A DNA stretch of 63,249 bases, taken from positions 1-63,249 of the forward strand of contig CANSPQ010000005.1 of NCBI GenBank assembly GCA_947648915.1, in the 5' to 3' direction. The notes under the pieces were generated by a model. The model was not told the origin of the DNA, did not search any database, and was given only the letters and a program-made list of their open reading frames with translations. A program made the position numbers and the translations under genes. Shown one piece after another: positions 38,641 to 49,383 of the stretch. The stretch comes from an uncultured Bacillales bacterium (GTDB lineage Bacteria > Bacillota_I > Bacilli_A > RF39 > UBA660). Positions within the stretch are counted from its first letter, which is position 1. Every line of letters starts with the position of its first letter.

Positions 38641-39603
38641 ATGAATAAAATCTGTGTGATTGGTAATGAAGTTCATGCAACACAAAATATAATTCCATCT
38701 ATGAGAGAACTTAATATTGATATTGATGCAATAGCAAGTGAATATTTAAATAATCAAAATGAATTTGATGGAATTAAATGCTATTCTGACTACAAGGAAA
38801 TGTTAGAAAAAGAACAACCTAATATTGTGTTAGTATGTAAAACAGCAGAAAATCAATATAGAATTGCTAAAGATTGTTTGAATTTTGGAATACAAAAGTT
38901 ATTTGTAGAAAAACCAATGGGAATGAATTCTATAGAAGCAAAAGAACTTCAAGAACTTGCTGAATCTAAAAATTGTCAAGTTATGGTTGGATTTATGAAA
39001 AAGTTTAGTCCTTGTTACTTAAAAATGAAAGAAATAATGAGTAGTTCTGAATTTGGTAGAGTGAAACAATTTAACGCAGAATTTTATATTACTTCTGGTA
39101 GGGTTGGTTGGAATAACGAAATTTTTTTAAAAAAAGGTGGAATCCATTTTGTTAATTTACTACTATGGTTATTTGGAGAAGTAGAAGAAGTAAAATCATT
39201 CTCTAGTTCTGTAGATAATAATGTTAGTTTAACTTCTATTATTAAATTTAAAAATGGAATAGTTGGAAACATTAATTTTGTAGGATTAACTTCTTGGAAA
39301 GGAAAAAGAGAAAGAATTACAATAACAGGAGAAAATGGTTATGTTTACAATGATGGTGTAAAAGAAGTTCATTATCATTTAGATCAAAATATTACAAGAA
39401 GTAATCGTTGGCAAACATTAGATGAAGAAGAAATTACTATAAAACCATATTTAACAAGTGCATCAGGTGGAGTACAAGATTTATATTTACATGGATATAT
39501 TGGGGAAATCAAAAGCTTTATTGAAGGCAATAGATTTATTAAAGATAATGTTGCTACTATGGAGTTGATTGATTTAATACTAGATTCTTTAAATGATTTA
39601 TAA
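38641..39603 (+). CDS. Gfo/Idh/MocA family oxidoreductase
   Basis: YSDYKEMLE, FVEKPM, VGFMKKFSP, GIH. Confidence 0.85.
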   Translation: MNKICVIGNEVHATQNIIPSMRELNIDIDAIASEYLNNQNEFDGIKCYSDYKEMLEKEQPNIVLVCKTAENQYRIAKDCLNFGIQKLFVEKPMGMNSIEAKELQELAESKNCQVMVGFMKKFSPCYLKMKEIMSSSEFGRVKQFNAEFYITSGRVGWNNEIFLKKGGIHFVNLLLWLFGEVEEVKSFSSSVDNNVSLTSIIKFKNGIVGNINFVGLTSWKGKRERITITGENGYVYNDGVKEVHYHLDQNITRSNRWQTLDEEEITIKPYLTSASGGVQDLYLHGYIGEIKSFIEGNRFIKDNVATMELIDLILDSLNDL

Positions 39604-39675
39604 AATAAAAGCCATACTTTACAAATTATTATTAAAAGTTTATAATAGGAAACTATTAAAGAAAGGGGCGAGAAT

Positions 39676-40479
39676 ATGAGTACAAATAATGATTTATATA
39701 AAAGAGAATTTGCATCTTTTTCGGGGAAATGCCCATATGCTTGTTTACATTGTTATACTTTCACTCCAAATTATCAAACAATGGGTGAAGATAATATTTC
39801 TAAAATAGTTGGTCGTTTAGATGGAAAAAATCCAGATGTTATTTATATTTCTGGACATAAAGAAAATTTTCTTAATCCAGCCCAAGGATTAGAACTTAGT
39901 GAAAAACTATTTGATGCATATCATTGTGATATTTTAATGACTACTAGAAATGTTTTTAATAAGGAAGATGTAAGTAGATTATCAAAATTTAATCTTAGAA
40001 TGAAAAATGAAGGTAAGAATTTATTCTTCTGTGTTTCTATTCCGGCATTAGATTCTTACAAAAAATTAGAAAGTAACCCAATTATTCCAACGCCACAACA
40101 AAGAATGGAATTTTTATCTGAAGTTTATGCTAATGGGATAGACACATTTCTAACTATTAAACCCTTGTGTCCTAATGAATTTATTCCAATTGATGAAGCA
40201 TTAGAGATTATAGATAGATGTAGGGATTATTCAACAGTTGTATTATCAAGTGGAATTGTAGTTGATAATCATATTTTAAAAAGATTGAAAGGGTTTCCAA
40301 TTGATTATAAATCTGAACAAGCACCATTAATGGAATGTTTGGAAAACGATATATCATTTCAATATGTTGATGTATCAAAAGAATTAAATCAAATTGAAAC
40401 TTTATGTGATGAATATAGTCTTCCATTTTTTCAACATAGTATGCCAGCAATTCAATATGTAAAAAAATTAAAGAAATAA
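39676..40479 (+). CDS. radical SAM protein
   Basis: CPYACLHC (CxxxCxxC); PTPQQRME segment. Confidence 0.8.
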   Translation: MSTNNDLYKREFASFSGKCPYACLHCYTFTPNYQTMGEDNISKIVGRLDGKNPDVIYISGHKENFLNPAQGLELSEKLFDAYHCDILMTTRNVFNKEDVSRLSKFNLRMKNEGKNLFFCVSIPALDSYKKLESNPIIPTPQQRMEFLSEVYANGIDTFLTIKPLCPNEFIPIDEALEIIDRCRDYSTVVLSSGIVVDNHILKRLKGFPIDYKSEQAPLMECLENDISFQYVDVSKELNQIETLCDEYSLPFFQHSMPAIQYVKKLKK

Positions 40480-40777
40480 TTTAAGAAAGAAAAATAACCA
40501 AAAAATATAGCACTATTAGTAAAATAGTATATAATTTAGATATGAAGTCAGTACCTATATGTACTTGATTACTTAATTTTGCGAAAAGTTGTAGACAACT
40601 ATCACTATCGCACCAAATTGATATGAAATGGCTTCGAAAAGTTAAAAAAAAGAATGTATAATAAAAGTATATTCTTAACTTGAAAGGAGTCTTTTTATAT
40701 ATAATTTATTTAAAGCGTGACATAAATCGATTTCTTTTTTGATTTAATTTTATTATAGTACTAAAGAGGGTAATATT

Positions 40778-41983
40778 ATGGAGAAAATAAAGATATTTAT
40801 AGCTTGTATAATATTATGTATTTTTTTACTTTTAAATTTTGTTAATATAGAAAAAAACATAGAAAATAAAGCTATTCAAATGGATAACAAAATTAAAACA
40901 GAAGTAGAACAACAATTAGAAAGTATGACATTAGAAGAAAAAATTGGTCAAATGCTGATTACTTATTACCGCAAAGAAACAGTTGATGATCAATTTAAAG
41001 GAGAATTAGAGAAATATCAACCTAGTGGATTTATTTTGTTTCGCGAAAATTTTACGAGTTATGATGGCACACTTCAATTGATTGAAACAATTAAAAATAC
41101 AGCTAAAATTCCGCTATTTATTACAATTGATCAAGAAGGTGGTAGAGTACAGAGATTAAAAGAATTAACAGATTCTTATGTGACGCAAATTCCTTCAATG
41201 GCAGAATTAGGCAATACCAATAATTTAACATTGGCATATGATGTAGGCAAAGTAATTGCAGAAGAGTTGCAAGTGTTTGGAATTAACATGGATTTTGCCC
41301 CAGTATTGGATATTGTGGATAATGTACAAAATCGAGTAATTGGAGATAGAAGTTTTGGATCTAATGCCGATCTTGTTTCCAAGATGGGAATTTCTTTGGC
41401 AAAGGGATTAGAAGATAATGGAGTTATTGCAGTATATAAACATTTTCCAGGACATGGAAGCACCATATTAGATTCCCACTATGATTTACCGGTTATTGAG
41501 AAAACCAAAGAGGAACTCTTTTCTTCTGATTTAGTTCCTTTTAAACGTGCGATTGAATCTGGTGCTGAAGTCATCATGATAGGGCACTTGGCGGTTCCTA
41601 GTATTACAAAGAGTGAAATACCTGCTTCACTTTCCAAAGAATTGATTACCGGACTATTGAAACAGGAAATGGGATATAATGGTTTAATCGTTACCGATGC
41701 GCTTAATATGGATGCTTTAACAAAGCATTATTCTGAAAAAGAAATTTATGAACTTGCAATTAATGCGGGGGTTGATCTTTTATTAATGCCTAGTAGTTTA
41801 TCAAGTGCAGTTACTTATATCAAACAAAGTATCGCAGAAGGAAAAATAACAGAGGAACAAATTAATGAATCTGTCCATAAGATTCTTACACTAAAATATA
41901 GAAAGTTATCGCTGGAAAAACGAGATAGAGCATTATTGGGAAGTGAATCACATATCGCAATTGTAAAACGAATACAACCATAG
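40778..41983 (+). CDS. nagZ: GH3 beta-N-acetylhexosaminidase (secreted/anchored)
   Basis: DQEGGRVQR, KHFPGHG...DSH, TDALNM. Confidence 0.9.
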   Translation: MEKIKIFIACIILCIFLLLNFVNIEKNIENKAIQMDNKIKTEVEQQLESMTLEEKIGQMLITYYRKETVDDQFKGELEKYQPSGFILFRENFTSYDGTLQLIETIKNTAKIPLFITIDQEGGRVQRLKELTDSYVTQIPSMAELGNTNNLTLAYDVGKVIAEELQVFGINMDFAPVLDIVDNVQNRVIGDRSFGSNADLVSKMGISLAKGLEDNGVIAVYKHFPGHGSTILDSHYDLPVIEKTKEELFSSDLVPFKRAIESGAEVIMIGHLAVPSITKSEIPASLSKELITGLLKQEMGYNGLIVTDALNMDALTKHYSEKEIYELAINAGVDLLLMPSSLSSAVTYIKQSIAEGKITEEQINESVHKILTLKYRKLSLEKRDRALLGSESHIAIVKRIQP

Positions 41984-42039
41984 TTTAAAAAATCAATATT
42001 TATGTTTTAAATTATGTTATAATGGTTAAGGTGATTATA

Positions 42040-42312
42040 ATGAAAAATAAAACAACCTTAGAAATTGTAAATTCAGATGGTCAAAAACAAACAGTAGAAA
42101 TAATTTTAGCCTTTATATCTGAAAAAACAAATAAGCAGTATATTGTATATACACAAAATGAAAAGAACGATGAAGATATGATTATACTATATGCATCTGT
42201 TATGATAGAATCAAATGATAAGATTGTTCTTGAAGATATTTCTGATGATGAATGGAAAATTGTAAAAGAAAAAATGCGTGACTTAATGCACCAAAAAGGG
42301 GAAGATAAGTAG
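42040..42312 (+). CDS. DUF1292-like small acidic protein
   Basis: KQYIVYT...LEDISDDEWKIV pattern. Confidence 0.65.
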   Translation: MKNKTTLEIVNSDGQKQTVEIILAFISEKTNKQYIVYTQNEKNDEDMIILYASVMIESNDKIVLEDISDDEWKIVKEKMRDLMHQKGEDK

Positions 42313-43349
42313 TGAATAATGTAGATCAGATTATGAATGATACATTGCAATCAATTGGGAAAGATGTTAGTTATATAGTTGAATTAAGGGGAAGACGTAC
42401 TTGTTTGATTTCTAAAAAATGGAAAGAATTTTTGGCTTCTTTAGGTTATATACATATTTATCATACATTTGAACAGAACATGACTGATTATGATATGCAA
42501 ATAAAGGATGAACAAGAGGATCTTATAGCATGGGAAAAACTATATAGTACTTTATCTACCGAAAAAGAGCAAGAAAACGCAAAGCAAAAAATGCAATGGT
42601 ATCAAGAAAGAATTCAACAGTTCAATTTTTTAAAACAGAAGCTATCAGATAAAAAAAGTCGCTATGATAGAGATATTAATGTGAACAAAGTCTTAAAAAA
42701 CAACGTAGAAACATTATCACAGTTATATGAAGTGAATTACTCAAATGCACTCGCTAAAATAGAAACTGAAATGGAAGAAGAAAGAAAATTATATGAAGAT
42801 TTTATAAATGCAGAGGGAAAACATCATCAACATGATTCTGCAATATTACTTGAGGCATTAGCTAGGGATGATGAAGAAATCCTTAAAAAACTAAGAGAAG
42901 ATCAGGATCATTTTAAACAAAAACATTTTGATAGAATGAATGATTTAGCAAATCGTAAACAACAATTATTGGCTGAATTAAAGGCCAATTCAAAGCAAAA
43001 GGTTAAATTGTTCCTTGTTACTTCAACACCATTTGTATTTGCGAAAGGACTTCTTAATGTTGTTACCGCACCTATCATAGATTTCAAAAGTTTTATGAAT
43101 AAAAACAAAATGATGAAAAAACGACAATTGATAACCAAGACAGCTGTTTCTCCTGCATCGGATTCTTTTAACATAGATTCAAATCAAGAAAGTGCAGTAA
43201 TAATTCAAAAATTAGTTAGTGAAATTCTACAAAAATCCGATAATAATCCAATTGTACGGGAACAATTCATAGGTTTACTAAAGTCTTTTCAAAACATGTG
43301 TGGTTATGCAACAGAAGATATAGAGGAAGATATCGGAAAAAGAAAATAA
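42312..43349 (+). CDS. hypothetical coiled-coil protein
   Basis: 345-aa helical ORF, translationally coupled to the upstream gene. Confidence 0.7.
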   Translation: MNNVDQIMNDTLQSIGKDVSYIVELRGRRTCLISKKWKEFLASLGYIHIYHTFEQNMTDYDMQIKDEQEDLIAWEKLYSTLSTEKEQENAKQKMQWYQERIQQFNFLKQKLSDKKSRYDRDINVNKVLKNNVETLSQLYEVNYSNALAKIETEMEEERKLYEDFINAEGKHHQHDSAILLEALARDDEEILKKLREDQDHFKQKHFDRMNDLANRKQQLLAELKANSKQKVKLFLVTSTPFVFAKGLLNVVTAPIIDFKSFMNKNKMMKKRQLITKTAVSPASDSFNIDSNQESAVIIQKLVSEILQKSDNNPIVREQFIGLLKSFQNMCGYATEDIEEDIGKRK

Positions 43350-43424
43350 GAAATTCTTTTTTTTATAGATAATTTGGTTGTATTTTGAAAATGTCAATAG
43401 TATAATTTAAGTAGGTGATGATTT

Positions 43425-43844
43425 ATGTTTTATATTTGGATTGCAATTATTATTCTGCTGACAATTGTAGAAATTATGACAATCAATTTAACCACAATTT
43501 GGTTTGTTGTAAGCGGGTTACTTGCTTTAGCACTCTCTTTCATAAATGATAATTTTATGTTACAAGTAGGTGTATTCTGCGTTGTTGGAATTTTACTTTT
43601 AATTACAACCCGACCAATACTTCAAAAATGGCTTTCTGGCAAAAAAGAAAATACCAATTTAGATCGTATTATTGGTATGAAGGGAATTGTAACAGAGGAA
43701 ATTTTAAAAAATGGTACAGGAGAAGTAAAAGTGGATGGTAAAAAATGGACTGCTTTTGCGGATCAAAAAATTAAGGTTGATAGTACTGTAAAAGTATTAT
43801 TAATAGATGGTGTAAAGATTAAAGTAGAAGAGTGGGAGGATTAA
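43425..43844 (+). CDS. NfeD-family protein
   Basis: TM segments plus OB fold GEVKVDGKKWTA; upstream of SPFH gene. Confidence 0.85.
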   Translation: MFYIWIAIIILLTIVEIMTINLTTIWFVVSGLLALALSFINDNFMLQVGVFCVVGILLLITTRPILQKWLSGKKENTNLDRIIGMKGIVTEEILKNGTGEVKVDGKKWTAFADQKIKVDSTVKVLLIDGVKIKVEEWED

Positions 43845-43846
43845 CT

Positions 43847-44734
43847 ATGGAAATTTTTATTACTTTACTTATTCTTGTAGCGGTACTGGTAATACCAAAT
43901 ATTAAAGTGGTACCACAGGCAAGAACTTATGTATTAGAGCGTTTAGGTTCTTATTCACAAACATGGCAACATGGATTACATTTTAAAATACCATTTGTAG
44001 ATCGTATTGCAAATACAGTTACATTAAAAGAAATCGTAAAAGATTTTGCACCACAACCTGTAATTACGAAAGATAATGTAACGATGCAAATTGATACAGT
44101 TGTATATTATCAAATCACAGATGCAAAATTATATACTTATGGTGTAGAACATCCAATTAGCGCAATTGAAAATTTAACAGCAACTACTTTACGTAACCTA
44201 ATCGGAGAATTGGAACTTGATCAAACTTTAACATCAAGAGATATTATCAATTCTAAAATGCGTTCTATTCTAGATGAAGCAACGGATCCATGGGGAATCA
44301 AGGTCAATCGTGTGGAAGTAAAAAATATTATACCACCAAGAGATATCCAAGAAGCTATGGAAAAACAGATGCGTGCAGAACGTGAACGTCGCGAAAAGAT
44401 TCTGCAAGCGGAGGGAGAAAAGAAATCTAATATCTTAATTGCTGAAGGGGAAAAGGAAAGTGCAATTTTAAGAGCTGAAGCGAAAAAAGAAGCCCAAATT
44501 CGTGAAGCGGAGGGAGAAGCCGAAGCAATTTTGAAATTAAAAACTGCGGAAGCAGAAGGAATTAAGTTATTAAAAGAAGCAAAGGCTGATAATGCAGTAC
44601 TAACTCTTAAGAGTTTTGAAGCCTTAACCAATGTAGCAAATGGCCAATCAACCAAAATTATTGTTCCATCAGATTTACAAAACATTGCAACAATTAGTAC
44701 TACAATATCAGAAATGTTTAAAAAGGAAAAATAA
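43847..44734 (+). CDS. SPFH/band-7 (QmcA/paraslipin-like) protein
   Basis: QPVITKDNV, LDEATDPWG, KQMRAERERR. Confidence 0.9.
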   Translation: MEIFITLLILVAVLVIPNIKVVPQARTYVLERLGSYSQTWQHGLHFKIPFVDRIANTVTLKEIVKDFAPQPVITKDNVTMQIDTVVYYQITDAKLYTYGVEHPISAIENLTATTLRNLIGELELDQTLTSRDIINSKMRSILDEATDPWGIKVNRVEVKNIIPPRDIQEAMEKQMRAERERREKILQAEGEKKSNILIAEGEKESAILRAEAKKEAQIREAEGEAEAILKLKTAEAEGIKLLKEAKADNAVLTLKSFEALTNVANGQSTKIIVPSDLQNIATISTTISEMFKKEK

Positions 44735-45540
44735 TGAATCGTTCCTATTTTGGAAAAGTGATTCGTATTTTGATTTGGCCTATCCTAGTTGGAATAGGTC
44801 AATTTTTAATTGTTGCGATCTTATCCTTTATTTTTATGCAAAAACAAGTAGATCAGATGAAATTAGCATATCCATCTGAAACGGAACAACAGATTATAGA
44901 ACGTGTGAATCAGCTTGATTTAAGTGTTCCATTAAATGCATATATAGAATCGCATATGATTTATGTGATTCTTGTAAACTTAGTTTTTATCTTGCCGATT
45001 TTAATTCATCAATATCGTAAGTATATGATAAAAAAGAAAAATATTAAAGTTAGTTTTCCAATTCTTTTGTTTTTTGCTCCAATTGTATTTTGCTTGTTAT
45101 TTCATATTCCACTCATATGGTTAGGTGTCCGTTATGAAGTAACGTTTACTTCTTATTTCTGGATTTTAGTATTGAGTGAAGGAGTCATTGGACCTATCAT
45201 AGAAGAATATTTATTTCGTGGTATTGTCTATTATAAATTAAAAGAATTATACCCTAAAAAAAATGCGATGCTATTTTGTACTATTTTATTTGCTATATTT
45301 CATGGCAATTGGATACAAATCGTTTTTGCCCTTTTATTAGGTACTATTTTGATTTTACTATATGATCAATATCAAAATATTAAAATACCAATTCTATTTC
45401 ATAGTGTTGTAAATCTTACATCTCTTTTGTTGATTCCTTATTTACAAAATATATACGTTCCTATTACAGTGTTAATCTTTATTATAGGTGGAATTATATT
45501 TTATGTATTTTTTCTTACACAGTGGAGAAAAAGGTCTTGA
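44734..45540 (+). CDS. CPBP/Abi family intramembrane protease
   Basis: PIIEEYLFRG, FAIFH, HSVVN. Confidence 0.85.
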   Translation: MNRSYFGKVIRILIWPILVGIGQFLIVAILSFIFMQKQVDQMKLAYPSETEQQIIERVNQLDLSVPLNAYIESHMIYVILVNLVFILPILIHQYRKYMIKKKNIKVSFPILLFFAPIVFCLLFHIPLIWLGVRYEVTFTSYFWILVLSEGVIGPIIEEYLFRGIVYYKLKELYPKKNAMLFCTILFAIFHGNWIQIVFALLLGTILILLYDQYQNIKIPILFHSVVNLTSLLLIPYLQNIYVPITVLIFIIGGIIFYVFFLTQWRKRS

Positions 45541-45611
45541 AAAAGATTTTTTTTTGATGTTTTAAAAGGAAATGGAGAAAAGAATCACTATGTTAATAGT
45601 GAGGTGATCAT

Positions 45612-46433
45612 TTGAAAAAGTTTTATAACGGATGTTATGACATCGTATTTAAAACAGTTATCTGTGATGAGAATAACCCCCATATGTTAAAAACATTCTT
45701 AGAGCATATTTTGAAAATAGAAATAGATGAAATAGAGTTTCTACAGAATGAACTCTCTGTAAGTGATGTGGGTGAACGAAAGAAAACAGTAGACTTATTA
45801 GTAAAATCAAAGAATAGATATATTCATATTGAATTAAATCAAAGTCATAAGGATTATCTGCATATTCGGAATTTCTGTTTCTTTACCAATTTATATTCCA
45901 AAAATACAAGAAAAGGAAAAGAATTTGATTTAACAAGTGAATTTGTGCATATTGATTTATCGTATGGGAAAAAAGACGAATTAGAAAAAAGAACCTACTA
46001 TGTGATGGATAAAGATGGCTATTTGTATATAGAAAATATGAAAATCATAGAATTCAATATGGACAGGATAACTGATTTTTGGTATTCTAAAAACAAAGAG
46101 AAGATAGAAGAATATAAATATCTTATTATGTTAGGACTTGATAGAACTTCACTCAATGAAATAGCTAAGGGAGACAAATATATGGAAGAATATACAAAGA
46201 AAGTAGAAGAGTTAAATGATAGAGATGCCTTTACCAGTTGGATTACTCCAGAAGAAGATGCAGAGATGATACTCAATACGGAAAAGCACATTTCTTATGA
46301 TGAGGGAAAAAATGAAGGAAAATTAAACGAGAAAATAGAAATTACTAGAAATATGTTAAAGAAAAATATGGATATTTCAATGATATCTGAAATAACGGGT
46401 TTAACGAAAGCGCAAATAGAAACTTTAGGATAA
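45612..46433 (+). CDS. Rpn-family PD-(D/E)XK nuclease, copy 2
   Basis: near-identical to 10294-11139 including about 50 bp upstream; internal RBS and ATG at 46182. Confidence 0.85.
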   Translation: MKKFYNGCYDIVFKTVICDENNPHMLKTFLEHILKIEIDEIEFLQNELSVSDVGERKKTVDLLVKSKNRYIHIELNQSHKDYLHIRNFCFFTNLYSKNTRKGKEFDLTSEFVHIDLSYGKKDELEKRTYYVMDKDGYLYIENMKIIEFNMDRITDFWYSKNKEKIEEYKYLIMLGLDRTSLNEIAKGDKYMEEYTKKVEELNDRDAFTSWITPEEDAEMILNTEKHISYDEGKNEGKLNEKIEITRNMLKKNMDISMISEITGLTKAQIETLG

Positions 46434-46456
46434 TTATGTAAAGTGTTTTAAAATGC

Positions 46457-46486
46457 TTGAACTTTCTTTTTTATCTTTGCTATGAT
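46457..46486 (+). promoter_or_regulatory. sigma-A promoter before prepilin-leader copy 2
   Basis: TTGAAC-18-TATGAT with TG extension. Confidence 0.55.
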
Positions 46487-46508
46487 AAAACTGTCAAAAA
46501 TAAAACAT

Positions 46509-46576
46509 AAAATAGTTTGCGAGTAGGAAATGGACGCGTTAATTATTTGTAAACATAGGGAGGTACCCCTTTTTTT
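46509..46576 (+). promoter_or_regulatory. conserved prepilin-leader element, copy 2
   Basis: GTTTGCGAGTAG (46515-46526) pairs with TTATTTGTAAAC (46543-46554), then AGGGAGGTACCCCT plus T run. Confidence 0.75.
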
Positions 46577-46600
46577 AAATGATTTATAGAAAGAATAGGG

Positions 46601-46732
46601 AATGTTAAAAAGAAGAAACGAGGATTTACATTAGTAGAATTATTAGCAGTAATCACATTGGAATCAACCACAATGATAATAAACGCAATAGAAGGAAGTA
46701 AAAATGAACATTTTATTGAAATGCTTGTCTGA
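46601..46732 (+). pseudogene. frameshifted, internally deleted prepilin N-terminal stub
   Basis: KKKRGFTLVELLAVITLESTTMIINAIEGSK out of frame with ATG 46602; 34-nt exact match to 228-261. Confidence 0.8.
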
Positions 46733-48002
46733 TATGCTTTGCTTGATGGATTGTAACTATAGTTATATTACATGCGGTTGCAATCACAAGTCCCCACATT
46801 CCAATTTTTAAGCAACATCCAATCCAAAGTGTAATGGTTCTTACAACTACGCCTAATAGAGTTCCGTTCATTGCTTCTTTTGCCTTTCCCATTGCTTGTA
46901 AACTACTGGTAAGTGGAGATTGAATATAGTGTAATAAACAGATAGGGGCTAATACTCTTAAATAATTTACTCCCTCTGTTGTATTGTATATAAATTTAAG
47001 CGGAATATTTGGTAATAATAAGAAAAGAATGGTAACAGGTATTCCAATCATAAGAGAAAAAAAGATAGCTTGCTTGATTTTGGAAGACGCATAGTGATAA
47101 TGATGATTTGCGTAGGATTTGCTAATAACTGGAATTAATGCTTGTGAAATTGCCATAGTAAAAAATGATGGTAATAATAATAATGGCATAACATACCCAC
47201 TGACAATTCCATATTCTGTTACGATGAATTCATTTGAATAACCCATCCTTAGTAAAACAAACGTTAAAATAATTGGCTCCAAAAAATAGCCTATATTACC
47301 AATAATACGACTTCCTGTTGTAGGAATGCTGATATTAAGTACATCTTTAATGTTCTCTTTTTGGGGAACGAAATCCTTTTTATTTATTTTAAAATTTTTT
47401 GGTAAAAATAAGAATAAAACTAAAATAGAAGTGAGTTCACTTAAAATATTAGATATTATAATGAATGCAACTGCAAATTCAATTCCCCTTACGATAAAAA
47501 GGGGAATTCCAATGATAAGTACAGTCAATCGGACGATATCTTCTGTAACATTTGATACCACATGCGGTATCATTTTTTCTTTTCCAAAAAAGTAACCTCT
47601 CAGAATGGATGAGATACTAATAAATGGTAAAACAAATCCAATGCAGATTATACCCAATGTTGTTCTGCTTTCGTGTAATAAATTTGTAGAGATTGTACTT
47701 GCAAAAAATAACAATAATACCATGATAAGAATATTTAAAATCAAAGAAATGGGAATAATAGAAAACACTAAATTTTTATTGTTTTTTTTATCTTCGGCAA
47801 CTAATTTACTAATTGCAACGGGAAAACCAAGTTGTGCTAAGGCAATTAACAATGAAAAAGTAGGCATTAATAGCATATAAATACCAATACCTTCTGTTCC
47901 CATCAATCTAGTCATGACAATTCTGATAACCATACCTAATATTTTTGTAATAAATCCACCAATAATTAGTATAATTGTAGATCTTATAAATTTGCTTTTC
48001 AT
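46713..48002 (-). CDS. spoVB: SpoVB-like MOP flippase
   Basis: FIRSTIILIIGGFITKILG, GFPVAISKLVAE, LRGYF; SigE-like CATACATT -10 at 48019-48026. Confidence 0.8.
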   Translation of the reverse strand: MKSKFIRSTIILIIGGFITKILGMVIRIVMTRLMGTEGIGIYMLLMPTFSLLIALAQLGFPVAISKLVAEDKKNNKNLVFSIIPISLILNILIMVLLLFFASTISTNLLHESRTTLGIICIGFVLPFISISSILRGYFFGKEKMIPHVVSNVTEDIVRLTVLIIGIPLFIVRGIEFAVAFIIISNILSELTSILVLFLFLPKNFKINKKDFVPQKENIKDVLNISIPTTGSRIIGNIGYFLEPIILTFVLLRMGYSNEFIVTEYGIVSGYVMPLLLLPSFFTMAISQALIPVISKSYANHHYHYASSKIKQAIFFSLMIGIPVTILFLLLPNIPLKFIYNTTEGVNYLRVLAPICLLHYIQSPLTSSLQAMGKAKEAMNGTLLGVVVRTITLWIGCCLKIGMWGLVIATACNITIVTIHQAKHIRQAFQ

Positions 48003-48100
48003 ACATTCACCTTAATTTAATGTATGATATTTTCCACTAAATTATTATGTATATAAATATATGCAAAATATGCAAAGTTTTTATAACAAACCCGTTTACG

Positions 48101-48114
48101 AAAACATTTGTTCG
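48101..48114 (+). promoter_or_regulatory. putative LexA box upstream of dinB
   Basis: AAAAC-ATTT-GTTCG versus consensus CGAAC-N4-GTTCG. Confidence 0.6.
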
Positions 48115-48165
48115 TGATAAAATATAAATAAATAATAATTTACTTTGGTTTGAAAAGGTGATAGT

Positions 48166-49383
48166 ATGGAACGAGTTATCATGCATATTGATGTCAATAA
48201 TGCCTTTTTATCATGGAGTGCGGTTGACTTACTGAATCAGGGATTTGGATATGATATTAGAAATAGCTATGCCGTAATTGGTGGAGATGAAAAAACAAGA
48301 AGAGGGATTGTGCTAGCGAAGAGCCCACTTGCAAAAAAAATGGGAATTCAAACGGGTGAAACTTTATATAGTGCTAGAAAAAAATGCAGAGCCTTGCGCA
48401 CCTTTCCACCTAATTATCTTTGGTATCAAAAAATGTCCAAAAGTTTATTTCAGTTATTAAGTAAATATACTTGTGATATTGAAGTGTTTTCGATTGATGA
48501 ATGCTTTTTGGATTATGGAAAAGTACAAAATTTATATGGTGATCCTTATCTGTTTGCACAAAAAATAAAAGATGAAATTGAAAATACTTTAGGCTTTACT
48601 GTCAATATAGGAATTGCCAATAATAAGTTATGTGCAAAAATGGCATCAGATTTTAGTAAACCCAATCAGATCCATACATTATATGAAGCAGAAGTACGAG
48701 GGAAAATGCACCCTTTACCTATTGGTGATTTATTTGGTGTTGGTAAAAAAAGTAGCGAGAAATTAAAAAAAATAGGAATTAAAACGATTGGTGATCTTGC
48801 TCATACCACACCACAACATTTATACCCATATTTTAAAAATCAGTCTATAAAACTCATAGAAATGGCAAATGGAATTGATATGAGTGAAGTGATTTCTGCC
48901 AAAGAAGAGAATAAAGGAATTAGTAATTCTACCACTTTAGAAAAAGATGTTACTTCTAAAGTCGAACTCTATCAGGTATTAGAATCGATATCCAATAATG
49001 TTGCACTAGAATTAAGGAGACAAAATAAATATACTTGTGTTATTTGTGTACAATTAAAAGATCAATATTTTAGAAGTTACTCTCATCAAAAAAAATTAAA
49101 AAATGCAACCAATTTAACCAAAGAAATTTTTGAGATATCAAAACTATTATTAGATGAGATGTGGGAGGGTGAACCTATTCGGTTAGTCGGAATTCGTTTA
49201 GATCATTTCACCTCAACTAGTTTACATCAAGTTTCTTTATTTGAAACAGTAGAAAAAAGAGATCAAGATGTTACCTTAGAACGTACACTGGACTCTTTAA
49301 AAGAAAAGTATGGATACCGAGTAATTGACACGGCATCTTTATTGGATGGAAAAAAAGTAGGCTTTAAAAAATCAAGACATTGA
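48166..49383 (+). CDS. dinB: DNA polymerase IV (Y family)
   Basis: HIDVNNAF, FSIDECFLD, AKMASDFSKP, IRLVGI. Confidence 0.9.
   Translation: MERVIMHIDVNNAFLSWSAVDLLNQGFGYDIRNSYAVIGGDEKTRRGIVLAKSPLAKKMGIQTGETLYSARKKCRALRTFPPNYLWYQKMSKSLFQLLSKYTCDIEVFSIDECFLDYGKVQNLYGDPYLFAQKIKDEIENTLGFTVNIGIANNKLCAKMASDFSKPNQIHTLYEAEVRGKMHPLPIGDLFGVGKKSSEKLKKIGIKTIGDLAHTTPQHLYPYFKNQSIKLIEMANGIDMSEVISAKEENKGISNSTTLEKDVTSKVELYQVLESISNNVALELRRQNKYTCVICVQLKDQYFRSYSHQKKLKNATNLTKEIFEISKLLLDEMWEGEPIRLVGIRLDHFTSTSLHQVSLFETVEKRDQDVTLERTLDSLKEKYGYRVIDTASLLDGKKVGFKKSRH

Noticed and set aside
40595-40615. CGCACCA as an attR copy of the tmRNA 3' end or a tRNA remnant
   Set aside because: Only about 5 nt match and there is no T-arm; consistent with chance.
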